Below are positions 51,834-62,982 of a stretch of 64,000 nucleotides of DNA, one piece after another (the first letter of the stretch is position 1; each line of letters starts with the position of its first letter). The notes below the pieces were generated by a model that saw only the letters and a list, made by a program, of their open reading frames with translations, was not told the DNA's origin and did not search any database. Position numbers and translations under genes: made by a program. The DNA comes from Orbicella franksi (taxonomy: Eukaryota): contig OZ116709.1 of the NCBI GenBank assembly GCA_964199315.1, forward strand, positions 10,726,001-10,790,000. Reading direction: 5' to 3'.

Positions 51834-54800
51834 GAGGCTTTTATTTCCCTAGGTCAACATATGAAGTAAAATATGCTTCACTAACGAGAAGTGCAATTTT
51901 AAAGCCATCTTTAAAAAAATTCGAACGTTCTCATCACGTGACCAGTGACGTAACAACCTCAAGATCGCATAGTGTTTTTTCATAAAAAAAAATTGACCAA
52001 TACGTTAGTCTAAGTTTCTGTACGTTCCAACAAAGAAAAGATATATTCTCCAACCTAGTCTCCCACTTTTTCCGCTCAGGCAAATAGCTCCCCTATTTGA
52101 GAGACTGCAGAAGTCACCTGGCCATTTCTAAATGCTCTATAACATTACCCTTTCAATTATGTGAAGTGCTTTCCAAGTCCTCGCACTGAGATAAAATGCA
52201 CTTTTAGACAAAGTCACGTGACTGATGACGTCATCACACCACGTCGATGCTGGCACTTTATTTCAATAGGGTGCATAAAACCAGTCGAGACTGCAGCCTC
52301 CCTTATGGCCCTATATATGGCCCTATATATGGCCCTATATATGGCCCTATATATGGCCCTAAATATGGCCCTATATAGCCCTATATGAAACTAAGTTATT
52401 ACAGGGCAAGTGTCTTTTTTCTCAAGCATGATCCTGTTTGTCAAAATCTCTATACATGCATATCATAAAGTACTTTCAATTTTACCTTAAAATCGACCTT
52501 AAGATAACGCTTTGCAGACTTCAGGCGTTCCTTTTGTTCCCTTGCCCAAGTCATACCCATAAATTCATCGCCCAATCTGTTTACTACGTCCGCGAGATCG
52601 TCGAAAGCTTGATTACCTGCAGAACTTATGTAATCGAGACCTTGGACAGACTTTCGTACAGAGACGGAACAAACAGTCAGGATTCTCAAGAGTGTTCTTC
52701 GGCTCAGTGGAGTGAAGCCACATTCCTGTGAGTAAGTCAAATACTGCTTGACTATAGACTCTGGTATTATCATGCGAATAACATTTGGTACTGTGATGGT
52801 TTCTTTAGTTGACAGTTTTATTGATTTCTCCCCGAAAGGAAGGTCCTGGATCACATGAGGGCTCGTTATAAAGTCCAGAAAGTGGTCCAATTGAGTTTGA
52901 GATACTGCCATCCTCGTCTGGGATGACTGCAGCGATGGTGCAACACCTCTGCCCTCGACCAGGATATGCTTTCTTGCTTCACTGAATCGATACCTCGTCA
53001 GGTTTGGAATCCATCTTTGAAGCGCTTTGTACGAGACCTTGTCCGCCATTATAGATAGTATTTGTCTCCTGGTTTGCCAGTTATTAGCATTCCTGTAGCA
53101 TTCTGCCAGTGCCTGCATCAGCACTTCATCTGCGCGCTCTTCGTCATCACTAAAAGGGTGTTGTCCCAAAGATTTTGATGTAACCAGTGACTGCCAAAGT
53201 TGATCGCTCTGATTTGGTACCACTTCGTCTAACACAGCATCAACCGCTTGTTTTGCTTTACGTGTGTGACGACGCTTTGTTCGTTCGCTAGCCTCTTCCC
53301 ATTGAGTCTTCATAGGATGTCTTACAGGACTTATGTCCCGGCTTTCTAGAAAGGAATTTAGCTTTTCAAGTGATTTACATTCTGGTGTGAGGGGATCATC
53401 TACGTCTGTTGGGGAGTAGACACTTGTTGCTGGAGTCTGAGAGAAGGCACTTGTTGCTGGAGTCTGAGGGTCGAGGAGAAAAAGAGATGAAGGTGTGCTT
53501 TCTGCCACTGGATTATCTGTTGTACTCATTTTTGTTTCATCCTGTAGTAAATTGATGTAATAAAACAATTAACCTAGAAAGAAACCTCCTCTCATTAGAA
53601 AGGACCTGAATGCTAAATACATGAGCCATACATTTAACAGATGAAATGCGGGGAACCATTAACTGCAGTGTTTAAGAGTTGGGTTGGTGTTTAAGAGGGC
53701 GGGGATAGCTGATGATAGTGTTACTGTTTCTCAAACTGGTTTTCCGTCATCAATGCTTGAACGTCAACTAATCTTCTCTTACCAGAGACACCTCTTCCAT
53801 TTGAAACGTGACTTAGCTATCCTCAAAAGCCACTTGTGGGGTTACTGTCTCAGTTCTCATTGCACTCAACATTTTCCTGCATTTAGGGCATACGCCTACG
53901 ATCAAAATAATCAAAGCACAGTTTTTATTATAATTGTGAATACCCAATTAAAATTAGCCTGTTTCTGGCGACTCGTCTGGTTAATTGGGAAACAGACAGT
54001 GCAAAGGTATTCGACAGAAAAAAAAAAAGCGTACGAGAAAATGAATAGGGAAGAGTACAGCGCGCGAAAGCTCCTCGCCCCAAGCCCCTCCCCTTTTCGT
54101 CTCTCAATCTCATCGTCTTCTGCATCCCAAAGACTTGTTACAGCCTTAACTGAAACAGATCTAGACAAACCTACAAAGAAACAAACTATCACCATTTCTG
54201 AGATATTTCTAAGGTCGTTGTATTAATCACGTTTTATTTGAATCACGGCATTGCAACTCATGGCGTTGCAGGTCAAATAAACAAAAATTAGAACTCTGAC
54301 TAAACATTCATTTTACTGACACTTTCGTCGAGAATAACAACAATATTGATACTTGTATTTTAAAGAGTACAAACCTGAGTCAACAGCAAGAAAAACTCCA
54401 GTTTCCTGTAAAACTGCGTAGGAGTCCGCTTTGCTTAAACCTCTATCTGCTTTTCGCCTTTTGCTGATATCCCCGCTATGATGAGATAGTATTGAAGGCA
54501 CTTTACACTTGTCCGGAACTCGGCGTGTCCATCCAATACCTAGCGATGCTCTATGTGCTGGACATACTGTCATCTGGTCAATATTTCGGGGAAAGAAGAA
54601 GATGGATGCTCTCGCTAGAATCAACTCAACTTCATTATCTATGCCGTGAAACGCAAACATCGCCTTGTGGGCGGTTACATCCCGCTGACAGCCAAGTAAT
54701 GGAATACATTCCTTTGCTCTGTTCCTGTACATGTCTCTTCTATCGTGACCACATTGGCCTCCCACAATCGAAAGAAATGAGCAACTATTTTCCATAGTTC

Positions 54801-55900
54801 TTTGATAACTTGAATCAGTTTCCGTGTTTTCAGTTCTTTAAGTTTATTGACGCAGGTGTCAAAAACTGACTGTTTTAAAATTAAATTAAGTACCAGCCAG
54901 ACTGTATCTTTTTCAAAGTATTTAATCGTAATGATACAAATAGATATAATGGTCGAAAAGTCTACGAGGTTTTCAACAATTTGGTTTTTGTTTTTGCTTT
55001 TTTTTTCTGCTCTTTTAATATTAACAATCCCTTTTTTCAGTCACCCGGAGCGGACAGATGGATTTTGTTCTTTGTCACGCAACACCGCGCCTTATCGGTT
55101 TATCTCCTCAATTTGTAACTCTGTTGTATTTTAGAGGGTGGTAACATCAGTCAGATTCATTTAAGAAGCCAACAAAACTTTGCTCAATTTAATGTTTGTA
55201 TTGATGAGATACATACTTAAGAAATATGTTAAATTTCGGCTAAGAAAATGTTATCGTTCCGTTTCAGAAATAACAAGACGTTTAAGTTAATTGTTCAGAT
55301 GTCTCATATTTCAACCAAATTTTGTTCAACTTTGGAGAGTTCGTGTGAAGCACAAATTGAATTACCCAAGTCAGTTTTCAAATATGTCTTAGTACAATGC
55401 TTAAAGACCTTATGGCTTGAGTCTCAGAATAAACCAAGGTGTAGCACATGCCTAAAATTTTAATCGCGACTGTCAGCTAAAATGTAAAATTTTGTCGGTT
55501 AAGAATAAAGCAGTTCTAAAATATTATTGTTTACCGCCCAGATTACTGCTAAGTTGAATATCTACCACCAAACTAGAAGTAAAACACTCTATGAATTAAT
55601 GCATCGGAAAATATTTGAGCTCGCTTTCTTCCCTTTTGCACGCAAGTGAAGTTTTGAGAACGGCCCATTTCGTCTTAAATTTTGGCTGTTTTGAAGTTGC
55701 CGACAGCAAAAATAGATTTTATCGATTTCCTCCAATTTGACGCGGCCTTTCTGGAAACAAACTACATCACGTTCAGTTACTTACCAATAGCTATCGGTAA
55801 GCAAAATATAACCGAAAAAAAAAAAAATTCGATTCTGGCCGTTGGTTGCTTAATTTTTATAGGCATTTGCTCCTAATACATAATAGATGTATTTTATGAA
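51834..55900 (-). mobile_element. Sola3-like DNA transposon relic B with a spliced, 3'-truncated transposase-associated gene (exons 54375-54795 and 52486-53541); right boundary uncertain
   Basis: It begins TCAA|GAGGC exactly where GPCR6 stops. The 352-codon exon (QILSIMADK, HFLDFITS, QDLPFGE, VRKSVQGLD, YLKVDFK) has phase-0 GT-AG ends. No catalytic DDD region is visible; the family call is from memory. Confidence 0.55.
52305..52386. repeat. 12-bp minisatellite (ATGGCCCTATAT) x about 6.8
   Basis: Direct reading. Confidence 0.95.
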
Positions 55901-55916
55901 TTTCACTTTCACGCCT

Positions 55917-56400
55917 TCTCCTGGAAAATGTTACATATCACATTTTCCGAGTCTCTTCCTTCACCTTTCAAAAGCTTTATCTAATTTAAGGTGAACCGAG
56001 AAAGGAAAGAAGGGGAGGACGAAAACAGGGATGTCCCCATACCTATATAACGGTAACAATTTTCTATCCCTCCTCCCTCTCCTGGACAATGCTACACTGA
56101 TCTAAAATTTTCCGAGTCTCTTCCTTCACTTTTCAAAAGCTTTATCTAATTGAAGGTGTGCGGGGAAAGGAAAGAAATGGAGGACGAAAATGGGATGGCC
56201 CCATACCTACATAACGGTAACAATTTTCTACCCCCCCCCCCCCCCTCCCTCTCCTGGAGAATGCTACATATAACATTTTCTTCGAAATCATTCTTTTTAC
56301 ACATCTCAAAAGCTTTATTTGATTTAAGGTGAACAGAGAAAAGAAAACAGGGAAGTAACCGAATACTTAATTAAAAGTAACAATTTTTTTACCCCTCTTC
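55917..56400. repeat. Tandem repeat, three copies of about 160-170 bp
   Basis: Units start with tctcctgg at 55917, 56078 and 56250 and share caaaagctttat and gtaacaatttt. Confidence 0.85.
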
Positions 56401-57166
56401 CTTTTCGTGTGAAAGATCGACACAATGTAAGTCCTTGGCCTAGGTAGGTAAAGATTTAAGAAAAAAACAGGCGAAGAGTATTTTTTATCCCATGAAGTAC
56501 GTTGCGACTAAAAACTGAAACAAAAGGAAAGCAGTAGATGAGACAAAATATAGCAATGAAAGCTATAATAAGCGAAAATAGCACTAAGTCAAAATCAGCT
56601 GAAACACAAACTCAGTGACGAGATTACATACAGACTCGAGGAAATTGATTTAATCTGTATCCACTGCAAGAACTGGAAATGTAAAAAATCGCCCTTAACT
56701 AAACCTTAAATTTGCTTGTTTCGTCGTCACAGTGTTTTAAAAAGATTCCAGTAGAAAATGAAAGGTGAAGCCCCGATAGGGAAATCTGATAGAAACCGCA
56801 ACACATCAGTATGTCATAGTTAATTTCGACGGAGGTTCACATTTAAATAGAGTGGACTGATGTGGTTTGATCATTTTCATTTAAAATTCTTCAAAAACAC
56901 AGAAAGTTAATGAAAGCCCCAGTTTTGATCTAAAGTAATCGAAGAAGTTAACGCCTCTTTTTGCGGTTGAGAGAGGATCTGATCGATCGGTTAATGACAA
57001 GTGAACCGAATCTTTCTGGACCTTGCAAAGGTAGGTTCTTTAATAGTCTGTTTGTAGTGTTTTTTGTTTTTTTTTCATAACTGCTAATCTGTGTAGCTAG
57101 CTGTTGCTGTTTATCATCTACATATCTATTCTTATACCTAATCCGGCGCATTGTTAAGGCCGCATA

Positions 57167-58052
57167 CCCGCGGGGGTATTCCCAGAAAAGTTGGGTGGGG
57201 GTGTGCGGTCCGCTTCCCAAAACCCTTATCCTATTTATGACCAAAATCTGCAATATTCCCTATCCTATTTATGACCTGACCAAAAATTCGAAACCCTATT
57301 TATGACGTGACCCTTAAATCAAAACCCTGCTTCAGATCTGCGTTATAATTAGTTCCCTAATTCAGACCAAGGTTACATTACCGTAAACACGATTTGTGAA
57401 GGGCTTTTGTTGATTTTCTTTTCCATAATGATGAAAAAGTGGCTTCTTATTAAGGTAGCTCCGTAGGGTAATCATTTATGGCGTTGCGCGCGCAAGTGTT
57501 ATGTTTTGAATGCGGTTTTTGCATTCGCTTTCCCACCTAGTCCTGTCAAACTTATTACATGTAATAAACAATGATTGAATAGTGTTTTGCTATCATCTCT
57601 GTTAAAATTTTGCGATTTAGTCTTAAATTGTAAATGCCCAAACAAATGCGGTTTTTACTGTTTTTATGGCTTTATTTGTGATTTTCATGAATTTCCTTCG
57701 GTGAAATCTTCCAAAAGTTTTACATCACATCGTTTCCAGCGGGATACGAATTTTAAACACGAAAAAAGTAGGGTTTGTAAAGGCAGTTTTTTCGATATTT
57801 TCAAATTTATGTCTTTTAACGCTGCAAAAAATCTGGTCTTATAGATTTCCCCGAAAAACGAGCTCCGACTGGAGTAAAATATCTACTACCAATCTGCCAA
57901 ATTTTTCGGAATTTCCCCGAAGGAAACGCGAGAAAATTCACTGTCAGTTTTGCTTTTTGTGCTCATGTTGACAGCTGAAAAACCATACCCTTTGGGGCCG
58001 CACATACCTATATAGCCCATATAAGGGAGTACGCCCCCCCCCCCCCCCGGGG
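57167..58052. mobile_element. MITE with CCCG(G)n termini and repeated CCCTATTTATGACC motifs, carrying a nested insertion from about 57450
   Basis: cccgcgggggtattccc versus gggagtacgccccc..cccggg. Confidence 0.55.
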
Positions 58053-58138
58053 CTGCATATCAGACGAGTTTGGCACTCTCTATTTCTAAATCTAAATAAC
58101 TCGGGAGATTTGACTTTTCTTCAGTAAAACTGATTTAA

Positions 58139-58715
58139 AGTGATTCCCTAGTAAAAGAACCCGCCATAGATTTCCGATGAAACTCGGTATACTGTTGTTA
58201 CAGGACAAGGAGATAGTAAAATCGTAGTAAAAAGAGGGGGTCACCGTGCTTGTTTTCATGCCACAATGCCGACAAATAGGTGACTTTTGGTAATCTCCGT
58301 GCGCAAAAAATAAGCTCGATTATTTTTCAATGCAGCGTGTTATATCACACAGGGTTTGACTTTCTGTGCATTTTTATTCATGTACGTCCCAGAAAAGATG
58401 TCTTCAAATACCCTGCATTTTTTATCCTTTAAAGGAAACATAATTTGGACATGCGCTGTTGGGCCCGTTATGACTCCCTCTGTAGTATTTATTTCATTTG
58501 CCAGAAAAGTAGCTATAGATTTCTGCTAATTTTTTTTCTCAGTTATCGAGGATATCGTTCTCATTATATTGAAATTATGAAATAAAAAGTGAGGGTCACC
58601 GTGCTCGCGCATTTATTTCGCTATCGAGCTTAGTTTGAGGGAAATCTCTTAATTTCGCTAATGACGCGAAAATTGCGCGCAGTAGGGATGCGCAATGCAA
58701 TACTAAGGAATCACT
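58139..58715. mobile_element. TTAA-flanked MITE (Kolobok-like), 577 bp
   Basis: TTAA at 58135-58138 and 58716-58719; TIR agtgattccctagta / tactaaggaatcact (14/15). Confidence 0.8.
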
Positions 58716-58744
58716 TTAATAAGAAATGGAGCGTGCTTGTTTTC

Positions 58745-58899
58745 AATAGGCCACGTTCGATATATCAATGTTCCAACATAGCTCCGAGGCTTTCAGGTCC
58801 AACTTGCAATTTTTTTAAAGTTTCTTTTGTTCCTCAATTTCCAAAAGAAGCCTCGGGGCCATGTTAGAATATTGATATATCAGTCGAACGTGGCCTATT
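58745..58899. mobile_element. Short MITE (155 bp)
   Basis: aataggccacgttcgatatatcaat is mirrored by attgatatatcagtcgaacgtggcctatt. Confidence 0.75.
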
Positions 58900-59365
58900 A
58901 CCTACTAGATAACACCAGTTTGCAGCTGCTTTTTCAATCGATAGACTCGAAAGCTTGACCGTTAAATAATCACAGTAGGAACTAATATGCCTGCTAATAT
59001 CCCAAACTACCCAGTAGCAAAACGAAATGAGCACAATCAATGGTGAATGTTGTTCCTTTTTTACTCTTTCTTATTTGTTTAAACAGTAAACCGTTATTCA
59101 CACACTGAGAAGAAAAACAACATACGATAAAACGAAGATGGATACCAGTCAAATAAGTAAAATGAATATTGTCTCGGTCTTTACAAGTGTTTTATGTTCT
59201 ACTAATTCGTGCTATAACATACAGTTTTTTAACTGGAAAAATGGAGAGATTTAAATGTCAAATGCTTATTATCAAAAATTAATAATTCATGTACAGGTCA
59301 AATGCAAGCCCAGCAACGCAAAGCACTTCACAGCAAGCATAATTTCCCAACCATCTATAACGACC

Positions 59366-60286
59366 ATGGCAAACATAACTGGTGATAGAAACTTGACAAG
59401 CAAACTGGTCCAAGTAGTCCTGGCGTCACCAGCCGGTGTAGATGAATTTTTTTCAGCTTTGAACATTTTTCTATCAATCGCTGCATCTCTGGGAAATGCT
59501 CTTATCCTTGTTGCTCTTCATAAAGTCTCTTCTATTCATCCTCCGACGAAACTATTGTTTCAATCTTTGGCGGTCACTGATCTTTGCGTTGGACTTATTG
59601 TACAACCACTCTTTGCAATCTTCCTGCTGTCTCGTATAAAAGAGGTGAAACAAGACGTTTTGTATTATATGTACGAAGTTTCTCGAGCTTCAAGTTGGAT
59701 TTTGTGTGCAGTATCCGTGTTGACGTCGACCGCAATTAGTGTGGACAGACTGCTCGCCCTGTTGTTGGGACTGAGATACAGACACGTCGTAACATTAAGG
59801 CGAGTTCGTGTAGCTGTAATTTGTTTTTGGTTAATTGGCGCTGTTGCTGGATCGACCCGGATGTGGAGAAGAGATATTGCCCTAAAGGAAGGCTCTGTTG
59901 TCATAGTACTTTCTCTGGTAACTTCAATTATTAGTTACACGAAGATCCACCTCAAACTACGACGACAACAAGTCCAAGTGCTAAACAATGTTTCCCGGGA
60001 ACCAACATCAAACAGTGGAGAGATGCCTCTGAAAATAGCAAGATACAAAAAGACAGTGTCTAGCATTTTGTGGGTACAGTTGGCATTAGCTGCTTGCTAT
60101 ATTCCTTGGGGCATTCTGGCTTTGCTATTTGTAATCGGAATAGAAAATGGCGAGGCTTGGATAGCTGCGGAGACTCTGATCTACTTAAACTCATCTCTAA
60201 ACCCGATCCTGTATTGTTGGAAGATCAGAGAAGTAAGACAAGCAGTGAAAGATATTATCAGGCAACTTAACTGTATCTGTCAATAG
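59366..60286 (+). CDS. Intronless class A orphan GPCR, copy 7 (type A), 306 aa; an upstream in-frame ATG lies at 59255
   Basis: Intact ORF with 8 amino-acid differences from copy 1 over 306 aa. Confidence 0.9.
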   Translation: MANITGDRNLTSKLVQVVLASPAGVDEFFSALNIFLSIAASLGNALILVALHKVSSIHPPTKLLFQSLAVTDLCVGLIVQPLFAIFLLSRIKEVKQDVLYYMYEVSRASSWILCAVSVLTSTAISVDRLLALLLGLRYRHVVTLRRVRVAVICFWLIGAVAGSTRMWRRDIALKEGSVVIVLSLVTSIISYTKIHLKLRRQQVQVLNNVSREPTSNSGEMPLKIARYKKTVSSILWVQLALAACYIPWGILALLFVIGIENGEAWIAAETLIYLNSSLNPILYCWKIREVRQAVKDIIRQLNCICQ

Positions 60287-60913
60287 TGTGTATCGATCAG
60301 CGTAGAGATACCCAAACATTTTAAATGAGTGGTAGGGATACAAATTGTTGCTTCCCGTATAGGGAAAGCCCATCCTTCGCGGGCTGCTTCCAATGTTTAC
60401 AGCCAAGTTTCTTCAACAAATAGGAGTGCCCAAAATATACACAAGGGGACAAAAGAGGGGTACAGAGGGCAAAGAACCACAGTGGAGTTATAACGCTCCG
60501 TCTGTAACACAACACTGAGCACGACAGGACACAACAAAAGCGACAAGACAACAAACCTATGGAGAGCGGCTACGCTGAAAAGCACAAATAACCAGACTCG
60601 GCCGAGGCTCATCTTCAAAACACACAACTTTAATGATCATGTGAACTTAGTAAAAAAATTATTTAGTCGAAAAGGTTTTTCGTAATCTGCTTGGTATTTG
60701 ACCTTAGCGCAATAATGTATTTCATTCGAAAGCGCCTTTTCTAATGCAACCGGTTGGTATTAGAACTTAAGGGGACTTTATTTTGAAATGACGCAATGTT
60801 CATCCCAAAATATGTTGAAAAAATTAACTTTCACTGTAACAAGTTTTTACTTCCTCCGGAGGTGCTGTGTGCATGCCCTGAAAAGGCTGTTAACCTTTCA
60901 GACGATCAATTCT

Positions 60914-61246
60914 ATTGTTATACCTCCCAACTCAAATACGTTTTGCGATTGGAGAGGTACGTGTCACGTGTCGTGGGTCAAAACTCTTTAACACCCTATG
61001 CCGAACAAAACTCACTAACTCCTTAGGGAAACATCAACTTGAACTTTCGACTCGCACGTGATCGGGACGTGGTTCTTGAAACCGCGGCACATTATTGAGT
61101 TGGGAGGTATAACAAAACACTTAATGACCGTGCTGGCCCCGCGGGAAACAGTGAGTTTTGTTTCCCCTCGACCTCAATGTTCGCATTGATGGTTTCGGGG
61201 AAACAAAACTCACTTTTTCCCGCGGGGCCAGTGATTGAGCGGTTAT
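60914..61246. mobile_element. Element made of a module bounded by 21-bp inverted repeats plus a 35-bp-arm hairpin
   Basis: ttgttatacctcccaactcaa (60915-60935) / ttgagttgggaggtataacaa (61095-61115); arms 61133-61167 and 61197-61231; inner caatg-ttcg-cattg. Empty sites occur at about 35450 and 45470. Confidence 0.75.
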
Positions 61247-62142
61247 TAATTCCCCTGGTGAAAATCAGTTAAATGGATACCTGTAACCAGTGATTTAGTC
61301 TTAGACGTCTGAGTGGCATGTGTAAATTTGTGACTTGTGTAAATTTTGTGGGGATAGCCTTCTTTAAAAATGTGCTGTGGCCCGTCATTTGTATTCAGGC
61401 CTCCTCGTAAGGAAGCATGTCACGCACATCCGGGCTCCCTAGATTCAGTTAGTTGTTGTTAACCTCGTGGTAGAAAGTAGGTTACCTTTCGTATCTGCTT
61501 CGTGTTGTTCAGTGGCTATCATGCAAGCCAATACTTATAAAGTTTTCTGCGCTCTCAGAAAAGATAGAATGAAGCTGATTTATATAAGCAGCTCTTAGCC
61601 CACTCAATAAATTTATCAACTACAGTTCAAACAAAAGTAACTGAAAAGAATATTTCAATAATCAAACAGGAGGTATTATTGGGAATATGACAAAAATATC
61701 TTTATTTTCAATTATCAAGATGAAGAGGATCTGCAGCCCTAAATATGTCACAGCGTAAGGTGCTCCTGTTCTTCTCAAAAAACTGTGACTGTTTGTTAAG
61801 ATACTTTTTAATCGATGCTATATTCTCTCTCTCGGCTAAAATAATAGAGCAATCTTGGATGCATTTATTACTTTCAGTGAAAACAAACATGACTTTGTAG
61901 GTTCACGGTAAGTGAAAATAATTGAGAAATGGCAGCATTTCCAGCGGAAATGCCAAAAAGTGTGGGTTATTATATAACGTTAGTACACAGTCCATTAACA
62001 ATAAGTCATCTGCGACAGATGAATAAAGTCGTCAATCCGTTATTAGCTACAAGCTTTTAAAGGTTTTTGTCATATTAAACACTATGGCAAACGGTACTTT
62101 ACAAGCAAGGTATACTACGTACTCAGTGCACCACCAGCAGGC

Positions 62143-62982
62143 ATGATTGAATTGTTCTCAGCCTTGAACATTTTTCTATCCATCACCGCAGCTCTTGGCA
62201 ATATTCTGATCCTTATGGCTCTTCATAAAGTCTCTTCTATTTATCCTCCAACTAAACTTTTCTTTCGATGCCTCTCGGTCACTGATCTTTTCGTTGGACT
62301 TACTCTACAACCACTCTTTGCCATCTCTCTCCTGTCTAAGGTGAACGAGAACTTTGCTTACCACTCTTCCGAAGTGGGAAACGTTTTAAGTTGGATTTTG
62401 TGTGGAGTATCTCTCTGGACGTCGACCGCAATTAGTGTGGACAGACTTCTTGCCCTGTTGCTGGGACTGAGATACAGACATGTAGTAACATTAAGGCGAG
62501 TTCGTGCAGTTATAATTTGTTTTTGGGTAATTACTGCTTTCCATGGATCGATCGGGACGTGGAGAAGACATATCACCTTCATATTAGCCACTATCTTCTT
62601 GACATTTTCGCTGGTAACTTCAATTTTTTGTTACACAAGGATCCACCTCAAACTACGACAACAACAAGCCCAAGTACAAAACCATTTCCCTCAAGGACAA
62701 GCGAACGGGGGAGGGATTCCACTGAACATAGCAAGATACAAGAAGACAGTTTCTGGCATTTTGTGGGTACAGCTGGCATTATTTGCCTGCTATGTTCCGT
62801 GGGGCATTGTGGCTGTGTTGTCTGTAATTGGAATAGAATATGACATGGCTTGGATGGCTACAGTAACTCTAGTGTACTTAAACTCATCTCTAAACCCGAT
62901 CCTGTATTGTTGGAAGATCAGAGAGGTGAAGCAAGCAGTGAAAGACACGATCAGACAGCTTAACTGTCTTTCAAATAGTTAG
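62143..62982 (+). CDS. Intronless class A orphan GPCR, copy 8 (type C), 279 aa, lacking the extracellular N-terminus
   Basis: Intact 7TM ORF from ATG 62143. The ancestral ATG at 62084 is out of frame because of a 13-bp deletion relative to copy 6. Confidence 0.75.
   Translation: MIELFSALNIFLSITAALGNILILMALHKVSSIYPPTKLFFRCLSVTDLFVGLTLQPLFAISLLSKVNENFAYHSSEVGNVLSWILCGVSLWTSTAISVDRLLALLLGLRYRHVVTLRRVRAVIICFWVITAFHGSIGTWRRHITFILATIFLTFSLVTSIFCYTRIHLKLRQQQAQVQNHFPQGQANGGGIPLNIARYKKTVSGILWVQLALFACYVPWGIVAVLSVIGIEYDMAWMATVTLVYLNSSLNPILYCWKIREVKQAVKDTIRQLNCLSNS

Noticed and set aside
52161-52388. ORF with MALY repeats as a protein, or the array as CRISPR-like
   Set aside because: It is a simple head-to-tail 12-mer without spacers in eukaryotic DNA.
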